Below, in pieces: positions 47,931 through 56,997 of a stretch of DNA of 64,000 bases. A program made the position numbers and the translations under genes. The notes beneath the pieces were generated by a model, which made no database searches, was not told the origin of the DNA, and was given only the letters and a program-made list of their open reading frames with translations. The stretch's first letter is position 1; each line of letters starts with the position of its first letter. The stretch is taken from positions 4,888 to 68,887 of the forward strand of contig CAZSHF010000005.1 of the NCBI GenBank assembly GCA_964606655.1. Reading direction: 5' to 3'. Source of the stretch: an uncultured Treponema sp. Lineage in GTDB: Bacteria > Spirochaetota > Spirochaetia > Treponematales > Treponemataceae.

Positions 47931-48848
47931 ATGAACACTTCGCAACTTGAATGTTTTGTAAGCCTTGCAGCCACACTTAACTACGCTAAAACCGCAGAGC
48001 AGGTTTTTCTTACGCAGCCGGCGGTTTCCAAGCAGATTCAAAGCCTTGAAACAGAACTTGGAGCAAAACTTTTTGTCCGCTCGACACGTTTTGTGAACAT
48101 CACTGATTTTGGTATTCAGTTTCTTCCTGAAGCGCAGTCGATTCTGAACATTTACTACAAGGCAAAAAACGGGACGCAGAATCTGAATTCAGAAAACAAG
48201 ACTTTGCTCAGAATCGGCTATTCTGATCCTAATGCTTTAGGTTTCATTTCTGACATTCTGAAATTCATAAAAGACGATTTTCCAAATTTTAAGCCTGAAT
48301 TTTTTCTAGGGCAGACAGATTCAAACCTGACAAAGCTTTCAAATTCGCAGATTGACATTGTCGTCGGAATCAAGGATTTTTCGTTCGCCGCGGAAAACAT
48401 AATTTTCAAGGAGCTCCACAAAGACGGATTCAAAATTGTTCTCCCGAAAAACCATCCTCTTGCAATAAAAACTGAAAAATCCAATCTGAAATCACTGAAA
48501 ACCGAAGAGCTTGCCGAACACAATCAGATTGTTCTGATTCCTCAGTATTTACGAAAAAATTTCTTCGCACAGGGAAATCACGTAGTTCCAGTAAACGAAA
48601 AACTTCAGAACTCAATCGTAAGCTATACAGCGGAAGCGTACAATTTAGTCAAAGCAGGATTCGGATTTTCTTTTGTTCCTGAACATCTTTCAGTCCCGGA
48701 TTCAGAACTTGTCATTCTTGACTGGGAAAAATCTCCGCGCGCTCCGTTCGGCATTTACACAAGAAAAGATTCTGACAAAGACGAGAACCGGACAATCTCC
48801 GCATTTATTGAAGAGGCGGAATTTTATTACGAGCATAAAGATTTATAA
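47931..48848 (+). CDS. LysR family regulator
   Basis: LNYAKTAEQVFLTQPAVSKQIQSLETELG.KLFVRSTR; divergent from the oxidoreductase. Confidence 0.93.
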   Translation: MNTSQLECFVSLAATLNYAKTAEQVFLTQPAVSKQIQSLETELGAKLFVRSTRFVNITDFGIQFLPEAQSILNIYYKAKNGTQNLNSENKTLLRIGYSDPNALGFISDILKFIKDDFPNFKPEFFLGQTDSNLTKLSNSQIDIVVGIKDFSFAAENIIFKELHKDGFKIVLPKNHPLAIKTEKSNLKSLKTEELAEHNQIVLIPQYLRKNFFAQGNHVVPVNEKLQNSIVSYTAEAYNLVKAGFGFSFVPEHLSVPDSELVILDWEKSPRAPFGIYTRKDSDKDENRTISAFIEEAEFYYEHKDL

Positions 48849-49099
48849 TTTATAAAAAGAAAAAAAGAGGAAAACGAGCGCGATAAAACGCAATTCCTTT
48901 TCGTTATCAATAATAAAATATTTTCATTTCACACAAGATGAATCCTGAACTATTTTTTAATCAGAAAGTTGCGGAAAAAACTGCTGCAAAAACTCGGCAG
49001 AACCAGATGTGGAGATGCGTTTTTATTGCTCAATGCTGAATTCCTCAAACTTCAAAAAACTAAACATCGCTGCAAAATATCAGCGAACAGGAGGCAAAC

Positions 49100-49264
49100 A
49101 TGGCTCTTAAAAATTTAAGTTCTTGGTCTTCAAATGCCAAAGATTCAATCGGAACTGCTTGCGGCGCGGCGTGCGGCGCAGGCGGAAAGCCGGATTCAAA
49201 ACCTGACACAAAACCTTCCGCTTGCGGCTCAGCCTGCGGAGCAGGTTCTCCGGACAAAAAATAA
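49100..49264 (+). CDS. acgA: ACGX-repeat RiPP precursor peptide (54 aa; not in ORF track)
   Basis: RBS GGAGG; MALKNLSSWSSNAKDSIGTACGAACGAGGKPDSKPDTKPSACGSACGAGSPDKK. Confidence 0.88.
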   Translation: MALKNLSSWSSNAKDSIGTACGAACGAGGKPDSKPDTKPSACGSACGAGSPDKK

Positions 49265-49297
49265 TCTTCACCGCCGGAAAACAATTCGGAGAAGAAC

Positions 49298-50338
49298 ATG
49301 GCAAACGAATACTTTGCGTTCCAGTGGCACATCACAGAAGACTGCGACCAGAGATGCAAGCACTGCTACATTTTCGCGGAAAACCAGAACAAGACGCTTT
49401 TAAGCATGCTTTGGAAAAACATGGAAAAAGTTGTCGAAAACATCGAGGAATTCTGCGGAAAGTTCAGCCGTTTGCCATATCTTTATGTGACCGGCGGAGA
49501 TCCTATCCTTCATCCGAATTTCTGGAATCTTATGGAACTTCTGAAAGAAAAGCGGATTCCTTTCACGATTCTTGGAAATCCTTTTCATCTGACTGATGAA
49601 GTCTGCGTCCGGCTTAAAGAATGCGGCTGCGACAAATACCAGCTTTCGATTGACGGAATGGAAAAGACCCACGACTGGTTCAGAATGCCCGGCTCTTTCA
49701 GGACAACTTTAGAAAAAATCGCAACAATCAACAACGCCGGAATAACTTCTGTGATAATGACTACTGTTTCTTCAATAAATAAAGATGAAATTCCTGAGAT
49801 AATCGACACAGTTGTCGAACACAAGGCGGAGGTATTCGCGTTCGCGCGTTATGTTCCCACAAGTTCAGAAAAGAGCACAGGAATTAAACCTCTTGAATAC
49901 CGAGAGCTTCTAAAAAAATGCGACGAAAAATTCAAGAAACACGAGAAAAATCCCGAATGCAGAACCTATTTCAACAAGAAAGACCATCTCTGGACTTTGT
50001 ATGAATACGAAACAGGCGAGTTCAAAATTCCCGAAGATGCCGAAAAAGACATGATTTACGGCGGATGCAACTGCGGAAACTGTCATCTTACGATTCTTCC
50101 GACAGGAGAAGTTTTCGCCTGCCGAAGAGTTTCCGAAAGCAAAGTCGGAAACATTTACCGGCAAAGCCTTGTTGACATGTGGCTCAATCCGATGGAAAAA
50201 TTCCGCGAATACACGAAATTTGAAAAATGCGCAAAATGCGAGCTTCTTCCGTATTGCCGCGGCTGTCCTGCTGTCGCGAAGGGAACTTACGGAAACTTTT
50301 ATGCGGAAGACCCGCAATGCTGGAAAAAAGTGTCCTGA
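49298..50338 (+). CDS. acgM: Radical SAM/SPASM maturase, ACGX system
   Basis: YFAFQWHITEDCDQRCKHCY (CxxxCxxC); SPASM GCNCG..ACRR..CAKC...CRGCPAVA..DPQCW. Confidence 0.9.
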   Translation: MANEYFAFQWHITEDCDQRCKHCYIFAENQNKTLLSMLWKNMEKVVENIEEFCGKFSRLPYLYVTGGDPILHPNFWNLMELLKEKRIPFTILGNPFHLTDEVCVRLKECGCDKYQLSIDGMEKTHDWFRMPGSFRTTLEKIATINNAGITSVIMTTVSSINKDEIPEIIDTVVEHKAEVFAFARYVPTSSEKSTGIKPLEYRELLKKCDEKFKKHEKNPECRTYFNKKDHLWTLYEYETGEFKIPEDAEKDMIYGGCNCGNCHLTILPTGEVFACRRVSESKVGNIYRQSLVDMWLNPMEKFREYTKFEKCAKCELLPYCRGCPAVAKGTYGNFYAEDPQCWKKVS

Positions 50339-50386
50339 CTGATTTTATCCTTCAAATCAGCTTTGCAAATTTTTCATCAATCCTCA

Positions 50387-51190
50387 TCATCTTTTCATCT
50401 TTCTGTATTCCATTGGAGAGACATTGAACGCTTCCTTAAAAGCCGCGCCGAATTTGCTCTGGCTTTCGTAGCCGACTTCAAAAGCGACTTCGCAGATGTT
50501 TTTGTCTGTCTTCACAAGAATCTCGGCGGCTTTCTCCATCCTGTGCGTTTTTATGTGCGAGGCGACAGACGAGCCGTAAACATCTTTGAAAACTGTCTTC
50601 AAAGTCGTCGCGTTCATCGCAAACTCTTTTGCAAGCTCTTCTATAGTAATCCGCTTTGAAAGGTTTTCCATTAAATAATCGTGGACTTTCCTAATCTTTA
50701 AAATCTGGTTTCTGCTGTATTCCGAATCGTCAGAAAAATCCACGCCAAAATCCTTCTCTATTTTTTCAAGTTCTTTTTTTTCAAGAGCTTCGTAGGAGCT
50801 GTCAAAATCCGGGCAAGTCATAGACATAAGTTTTTCGATGATTTTATGAAACTCTCTGCATTTTTCAGTTTTCGCCGCAGAATAAAAAACCTCTTTTCCG
50901 TCGCGGTAAGATTCGACAAGCCCGAATTCCTTTAAAAGCTTCAGATGATGGGAAACAGCAGGTCCTGTCATCTTCATAATGTTCGCGACATCCTGCACAG
51001 ATTCTTTTGAATGGCAGAGAATCCAGAATATTTTAAGCCGGCTCGCGTCCGAAAGAAGCGAGAAAACCTGCGAGGCGGCCAGAAACTCGTTCTCGTTATT
51101 AAGTTCGCTTCTGATAAAATCAATCTTGAAATATTTCCGCGTCCGTTCATTGTTTTCCCGAGGATTTTCACTTTTTCCGTTTTTTTCCAT
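50387..51190 (-). CDS. ArsR/SmtB-AraC fused transcriptional regulator
   Basis: N: LSDASRLKIFWIL..VSHHLKLLK..GLVESYRDGKEVFY; C: ITIEELAKEF..RMEKAAEIL..VAFEVGYESQSKFGAAFK..SPMEYR. Confidence 0.85.
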   Translation of the reverse strand: MEKNGKSENPRENNERTRKYFKIDFIRSELNNENEFLAASQVFSLLSDASRLKIFWILCHSKESVQDVANIMKMTGPAVSHHLKLLKEFGLVESYRDGKEVFYSAAKTEKCREFHKIIEKLMSMTCPDFDSSYEALEKKELEKIEKDFGVDFSDDSEYSRNQILKIRKVHDYLMENLSKRITIEELAKEFAMNATTLKTVFKDVYGSSVASHIKTHRMEKAAEILVKTDKNICEVAFEVGYESQSKFGAAFKEAFNVSPMEYRKMKR

Positions 51191-51307
51191 AACTGTCCTG
51201 CCCTTTTCAGATTCTTTAGTCCAAAAAGAAATTTCTTTAATCCAAAAAGAAATTATTTCACACAAAAACTTGCGTTCTTTACAACCGGATTATATATTTA
51301 TCTTGAA

Positions 51308-51327
51308 AATTAAACAAATGTTTAATT
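51308..51327. promoter_or_regulatory. ArsR/CadC-type operator
   Basis: AATTAAACA-AA-TGTTTAATT perfect inverted repeat between the regulator and the metal-efflux genes. Confidence 0.7.
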
Positions 51328-51368
51328 GTTCATATAACAAACAGAACAAACAAAAGCGAGGTTCAGAT

Positions 51369-51587
51369 ATGAAAAAAACTTACGAAATCGAAGTCGACTG
51401 CGCAAACTGCGCGAACGAAATGGAAGCCGCGGCGAAAAAAGTCAGCGGAGTAAAAGACGCGAACGTGAATTTCATGACCCAGAAGATGACGGTTGAATTC
51501 GCTGAAGGAGCGGACGAAAAATCTGTGATGAAATCGGTTTTCAAAGCGTGCAGAAAAGTCGAGCCTGACTGTTCAATCGCTTTTTAG
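51369..51587 (+). CDS. HMA metal-binding protein
   Basis: MKKTYEIEVDCANCA..VNFMTQKMTVE..VEPDC; RBS GAGG. Confidence 0.88.
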   Translation: MKKTYEIEVDCANCANEMEAAAKKVSGVKDANVNFMTQKMTVEFAEGADEKSVMKSVFKACRKVEPDCSIAF

Positions 51588-51803
51588 AAAAATCACGGTT
51601 AAGCCGCGTTTTTGAAAAATGCGTTTTAATTCTTCGGAATGAACAAGACCGCGGAAACACAGGCGAAAGATTACAAAAGTCCAGAGTTTTCAGAACGAAC
51701 TGAAACAGACCGGAAAAAATCCGGCAAACTATGATAAATCGACTGAACAAATCGCCTGAAACAACTCAAACATCCTGAAAACCATAAAAAATGGAGAAAA
51801 AAA

Positions 51804-53783
51804 ATGACAAAAAAACAGAAAAAAACGCTTGCAAGAATAATCGTCTCGGCGGTTCTTCTTGTTCTGCTTGCAATCCTTGAAAAATCCAGGACATTTGAAA
51901 AACTTTCCGGAATCAACGTATTTTTCGGAAAAATTCCTTTCAAATTCATTCTTTATTTCGTCGATTATCTTATAATCGGCGGCGACATCCTTAAAAAAGC
52001 CGGAAAAGGAATCGTAAACGGACGGATGTTCGACGAGAACTTTCTTATGGCGTTCGCGACCGTCGGAGCATTCGCGCTTGTCATTTTCAAGGCGGAAGGA
52101 AACCTTCTTAAAATCGACGACTGCAACGAAGCAATCGCCGTAATGCTTTTCTATCAGATTGGCGAGCTGTTTCAGGGAATCGCTGTCGGAAAAAGCCGCA
52201 AGAACATCACGGAACTTATGGACATTCGTCCCGATTACGCGAACATCGAAAAGGACGGAAAACTTGTCCAGGTCAATCCCGAAGAAATCGAAGCCGGAAC
52301 TATAATAATTGTCCAGCCGGGCGAGAAAATTCCAATCGATTCAATAATAATGGAAGGATTTTCAAGCCTGAACACAAGCGCTTTGACAGGCGAAAGCCTT
52401 CCGCGTTCAGTAAGCGAAGGCGACGAAGTAGTCAGCGGAAGCATAAACCAGACCGGTGTCCTGAAACTTAAAACGACAAAAAAATTCGGCGAATCGACCG
52501 CATCGAAAATTCTTGAGCTTGTGGAAAACGCAAGCTCGCGGAAATCAAAATCCGAGGAATTCATCTCGAAATTCGCGCGGATTTACACGCCTGCGGTTGT
52601 TTTCAGCGCAGTCGCGCTCGCGCTTCTTCCTCCTCTTTTCAGCATAATATTCATGAAAACTCCGGCAGGACAGATTTTCCCGACCTGGATTTACCGCGCC
52701 CTAACATTCCTTGTAATCAGCTGCCCTTGCGCTCTTGTGATAAGCATTCCGCTAAGTTTTTTCGCAGGAATCGGCGGAGCAAGCAACCAGGGAATCCTGA
52801 TAAAAGGCTCGAACTATCTTGAAACCCTTTCAAAGACAAAAACCGTCGTGTTCGACAAAACAGGAACTCTCACAAAAGGAGTTTTTGAAGTCTCCGCGGT
52901 CCACCACAACAAAATGAGCGAAGAAAAACTTATTGAATTCGCAGCCCTCGCAGAATGCGCGTCTTCCCATCCGATTAGCAAAAGCCTTCAGGCAGCATAC
53001 AGAAATCAGAACAGCGGAAAAGAAATCGACCGTTCGCGCGTAAAAGACATCGAGGAAATTTCAGGGCACGGAGTCACAGCGACAGTCGACGGACATAAAA
53101 TCGCCGCAGGAAATTCAAAGCTTATGCAGAAAGTCGGAATCCATCCGCTTGAATGTCACAAAACAGGAACAATAATCCATGTCGCTGTCGACGGAGAATA
53201 TTCAGGGCACATTGTAATCTCCGACATCGAAAAGCCCGAATCAAAGGAAGCAGTCGCGGAACTGAAAAAAGCAGGCGTCTCAAAAACTGTAATGCTCACA
53301 GGCGATTCAAGAAAAGTCGCGGAAAATGTCGCGAAAGACCTGGGAATCGACGAGTTCAAAAGCGAGCTTCTTCCTGCCGACAAAGTGAACAAGGTCGAGG
53401 AACTGCTTAAAGAAAATGCGAAAGACGGAAAAAATTCTGTCCTCGCGTTTGTGGGCGACGGAATAAACGACGCTCCTGTCCTTTCACGCGCGGACATCGG
53501 AATCGCAATGGGCGCGATGGGTTCGGACGCGGCAATCGAAGCCGCAGACATTGTCCTTATGGACGACAATCCGCTAAAAATCGCGAAGGCTATAAAAATC
53601 TCGCGCAAATGCATAAAAATCGTCTACCAGAACATCACATTCGCTCTCGCCGTAAAATTCGCCTGCCTCGCTCTGGGCGCAGTCGGAGCCGCGAATATGT
53701 GGCTTGCGATTTTCGCCGATGTCGGAGTCATGGTTCTCGCGGTCCTGAACGCAGTCCGCGCATTGAATGTGAAAAAACTTTAG
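51804..53783 (+). CDS. cadA: Cd/Zn/Co-translocating P1B-type ATPase
   Basis: TGES, SCPCAL, DKTGTLT, SHP, GDGINDAP. Confidence 0.9.
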   Translation: MTKKQKKTLARIIVSAVLLVLLAILEKSRTFEKLSGINVFFGKIPFKFILYFVDYLIIGGDILKKAGKGIVNGRMFDENFLMAFATVGAFALVIFKAEGNLLKIDDCNEAIAVMLFYQIGELFQGIAVGKSRKNITELMDIRPDYANIEKDGKLVQVNPEEIEAGTIIIVQPGEKIPIDSIIMEGFSSLNTSALTGESLPRSVSEGDEVVSGSINQTGVLKLKTTKKFGESTASKILELVENASSRKSKSEEFISKFARIYTPAVVFSAVALALLPPLFSIIFMKTPAGQIFPTWIYRALTFLVISCPCALVISIPLSFFAGIGGASNQGILIKGSNYLETLSKTKTVVFDKTGTLTKGVFEVSAVHHNKMSEEKLIEFAALAECASSHPISKSLQAAYRNQNSGKEIDRSRVKDIEEISGHGVTATVDGHKIAAGNSKLMQKVGIHPLECHKTGTIIHVAVDGEYSGHIVISDIEKPESKEAVAELKKAGVSKTVMLTGDSRKVAENVAKDLGIDEFKSELLPADKVNKVEELLKENAKDGKNSVLAFVGDGINDAPVLSRADIGIAMGAMGSDAAIEAADIVLMDDNPLKIAKAIKISRKCIKIVYQNITFALAVKFACLALGAVGAANMWLAIFADVGVMVLAVLNAVRALNVKKL

Positions 53784-54062
53784 AACTTTAGTTAGAAAGA
53801 AAACTTTTGTTTCTTTTCAGAATTCAAAAAAAATCAGGGCGGCGGAATGTTTTCTCCTACTCGCATTTCACCGCCCGCTTCCGCTCGGTGCTTCGCACTG
53901 CCTTCGGCACGGTTCAATTCTCGGCGCGGATTATTCGCCTAAAAAAAACTCCCCTGCCCTCTCAAAAACCTTTTTTCGGTTTTTGCGTTTTTCAGATATT
54001 CTCACATTTCAATAAAAACAAAGTCCGCAAAATCTGTAAAAAACGAAATCAAATAAATAAAA

Positions 54063-54329
54063 CCCCAAATGTCGACTTTTACGAAACCATTCAAAAATGC
54101 AGTCTCGGCAAGAACCCGATTATGAAAAACGGCTTCCGCGTTCGTCAAAAACTGTGATGGTTGAGCAAGTCGAAACCACCATGCAAGCATTGTTTGCAAC
54201 TTTTAAGTTTTCCGTACTCACTTGTGCAGATTGTTTTTCAAATCGGAACCTTGCCTGCGTGCATTTTTTATTGTTTGCAAAGAAAATCGACATTTGGGTT
54301 ATCAAATTTACAAAAGTCGACATTTGAGG
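54063..54329 (+). mobile_element. Rod-hairpin repeat, copy 4 (doubled right end)
   Basis: CCCCAAATGTCGACTTTT...AAAATCGACATTTGGG...AAAAGTCGACATTTGAGG. Confidence 0.85.
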
Positions 54330-54482
54330 TAAAAAAAATCCGCAAAAAAAACAGAAAGCACAACAAAAAAACGCAAAAACCACTTTTCCAGAAATTCAAA
54401 AAAACCGGGGTCAAAATTCCGGAACGGCAAAGTTCCTGGTTTCAAATTCAAAACGCGTCAGAACGAATCCTAGAGGGCAGTT

Positions 54483-54672
54483 TTCTAATATTTAAAATTT
54501 ATTTATTTATTATTTACTTTTTATATATATTCTCTTTATTTATTTAATTATTTATAAATATGTTTATTTATATAAATAAACTTTCTTACTATTTTTATTT
54601 ATTTTTACTTTACTTTTTATTTATTCCAAGATAATATATTTACATATTTAATTATTTATTTCTTTAATTAAA
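54483..54672. repeat. Extremely AT-rich tract with recurring TTTATTTA; candidate centromere (parS/parC) and par promoter
   Basis: About 190 bp with very few G/C, directly upstream of parA. Confidence 0.55.
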
Positions 54673-54685
54673 GAGGTTTGTTTTT

Positions 54686-55432
54686 ATGAAAATCGTGACA
54701 ATCACAAATCAGAAAGGCGGCGTCGGAAAAACGACAACAGCAAGCTCTCTCTTCGCAGGTCTTCATAAAGCCGGAAAAAAGACGCTCGCGATTGACATGG
54801 ATTCGCAGTGCAATCTTTCCTACTGCTTCAAGGCGGATTCAAAAAACCCATCAATCGTAAATGTTTTCCGCGGAGAAGTTTCCCTTAAAGACGCGGTCAG
54901 AAAAACAGAAGCCGGCGATTTTGTCCAGTCGGACAAAAACCTCGACAACGTGATGACAGAGCTGAGCGCTCTGGACAAAGTGTACAAGCTTTCAAAAGTC
55001 CTCAAGGAAATCAAAGACGAATACGACTATGTCATAATCGACACGCCACCCGCGCTTTCGCCGCTCACAATAAACTCTCTTGTCGCAAGCAATTCAGTGA
55101 TAATTCCTGTCCAGGCGGATTCCTTTTCGATGCAGGGAGCGGAGGCACTCGCCGAGACAATCAAAGGAATCCGCGAAGTGAACGAGAACCTTGAAATCGC
55201 AGGTATTCTAATCGTCCGCTACAAGGGAAGGGCAGGGCTTGCCCAGCACATGAACAAAAAGTTCGAGGACTTCTCTAAAATTTTCGGGACAAAGGTTTTC
55301 GAGACAAAAATCCGCGACGCGATTGCAATCCAGGAATCCCAGCTCGCGCGGAAAAACATTTTCGACTACGACAGCACATCAAATGTGGCCTTGGATTACG
55401 CAAACTTTGTGAAGGAGTTCATAAATGGCTAA
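54686..55432 (+). CDS. parA: ParA family partition ATPase (no N-terminal HTH)
   Basis: NQKGGVGKTTT, AIDMDSQCN, IIDTPPAL, IPVQAD. Confidence 0.95.
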   Translation: MKIVTITNQKGGVGKTTTASSLFAGLHKAGKKTLAIDMDSQCNLSYCFKADSKNPSIVNVFRGEVSLKDAVRKTEAGDFVQSDKNLDNVMTELSALDKVYKLSKVLKEIKDEYDYVIIDTPPALSPLTINSLVASNSVIIPVQADSFSMQGAEALAETIKGIREVNENLEIAGILIVRYKGRAGLAQHMNKKFEDFSKIFGTKVFETKIRDAIAIQESQLARKNIFDYDSTSNVALDYANFVKEFING

Positions 55433-55856
55433 AAATTTCGAGCAGTACGACGATTCTCCGGTGATGTCTTATCTTTCAAAAGCGAAAGAGGAAGTAAAAC
55501 TTGCCTCCGACGCGAACCAGATTTTAAAGTCCGCCGCGGAAAATCCGGCATCAGAACAAAGCGAAACCAGGACAGATGCGCCTTCAATCCAAAGCGAAAA
55601 TCAAGAAAACATTGCTGGACAAACTCAGGAAACCACGCGGAAAACCGAAGCGGAGCAGACAAGCCAGATTGTCCCAGAGCCAAAAAAAATTCTTATGAAC
55701 ATAAGCATCAGGGAAACGACAAAAAAGGACTGGAAGATGTTTTTCCTTGAGCACGATTTGTCCATGACCCAAGGAATAGAGACCGCCGTGGAGTTCTTAA
55801 AAAGCGAAGTGGAGAAGGGGAACATCAGGCTTTCAAAAGGCGGAATCACAAAATGA
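55425..55856 (+). CDS. Small ParA partner, probable RHH-type centromere-binding protein
   Basis: Overlaps parA stop; disordered N-terminus, then ILMNISIRETTKKDWKMFFLEHDLSMTQGIETAVEFL (beta-helix-helix). Confidence 0.65.
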   Translation: MAKNFEQYDDSPVMSYLSKAKEEVKLASDANQILKSAAENPASEQSETRTDAPSIQSENQENIAGQTQETTRKTEAEQTSQIVPEPKKILMNISIRETTKKDWKMFFLEHDLSMTQGIETAVEFLKSEVEKGNIRLSKGGITK

Positions 55857-55876
55857 GCCGCAAAAAAGCGGAAAAA

Positions 55877-56914
55877 TCAGTTTTCCTTTGAGACCGCGGC
55901 AAATTCCGGCTTTGCGGAAACCTCTTCTGTCCTGCCGGAATTGTCCAGCTCCTCTTTCAGTTTTATAATCGCGCGTATTTCAGGCGAAAGAGGATTGAAC
56001 AGGTCGGGATTGTTTTTCTCCTCATCAAGGATTTCCGCGTAACGCAGAGGATTCTGAGAGATTATTTTTATCGCCTCAAGATGAAGTTCCTCCCGTGAAG
56101 TTTCTCTGCTGGTTTCAGAAACCTTTCTTTCATCAGAAAGATAAAGATAGTTTCCGCGTTCTATTCTTGCGATTTTTGTAGAGTCTATGCAGTCAAAATG
56201 GAAGCCTATAATTTTTCGGCTTTTCTTTATCGGGGTCGCGACAATCTGAATCCCGAGATTCCGCTCGTTCAGTTCCTTGAGAGGAAGCTCAATCACTGTG
56301 TTCTTGAAAGGTCCCATCTGGGCGTATTCGTCCGGCTGGATGTCAAAAAGCTTTCTCAGGTCCTCGACAGAATATTCAAAGAACCAGGAATTTTTTATGT
56401 TTCCCTTTTTTCCTTTGAATCCGCTGAATGAAATCGCGATAAGATAATAGCGCAACGCGTAGAACGATTTCAGTTTTCCGAGGTCGTTTATCTCAAAAAG
56501 GGAGAATCCGATTTCCTTAAGCTCGTCCAGAAAAACCTTCATGTCTTCCGTGAACTTGAAAGAAAATGTTGTTTCCGTGAATACGCATTTTGCCGACTGG
56601 AAAACGTTTGTGACTGCGTACTGGCTTTCATTGTCTTCAAGGACTATTTTCATGTCCAGAATCTCGTTCGCTGATTCCTTTATCAGTGTCCTTGTCTTCA
56701 TTCCGTCGCTTAAATTCAGGTCGTTGAAAAAGTCAGAGAATGAGAATGAGACAATGTTGTCGTTTTTTGACGATGAAAGGTATTTGAAGATTGAGTAGAA
56801 ATACATTCTTTGCGTGGTCGCTGAGCATTTGTAGCTTGCGCGCAGAAAATTGTTCGGAATCTTCAAGATGTTTGACGATTCTGTTCCTTTTATTATCAGC
56901 GATTTTCTTTTCAA
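55877..56914 (-). CDS. Replication initiator protein (Rep_3/RepB family)
   Basis: TTG start with RBS AAGGAAAG; IPNNFLRASY, KLKSFYALRYY, SVEDLRKLFDI..Y..FKNTVIELPLKELNE, KKSRKIIGFHF; iterons directly upstream. Confidence 0.88.
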   Translation of the reverse strand: MKRKSLIIKGTESSNILKIPNNFLRASYKCSATTQRMYFYSIFKYLSSSKNDNIVSFSFSDFFNDLNLSDGMKTRTLIKESANEILDMKIVLEDNESQYAVTNVFQSAKCVFTETTFSFKFTEDMKVFLDELKEIGFSLFEINDLGKLKSFYALRYYLIAISFSGFKGKKGNIKNSWFFEYSVEDLRKLFDIQPDEYAQMGPFKNTVIELPLKELNERNLGIQIVATPIKKSRKIIGFHFDCIDSTKIARIERGNYLYLSDERKVSETSRETSREELHLEAIKIISQNPLRYAEILDEEKNNPDLFNPLSPEIRAIIKLKEELDNSGRTEEVSAKPEFAAVSKEN

Positions 56915-56997
56915 GTCTGCCTTTCCTTTTAAATTTTTTAATATTAAATTTTACAGGAGGTTTAATTCTTTTCATTGTAACGATTTACGGCTTCCTA

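Noticed and set aside
50979-51368. Long N-terminal extension of the HMA ORF
   Set aside because: Antisense overlap with the ArsR-AraC gene; the RBS supports a start at 51369
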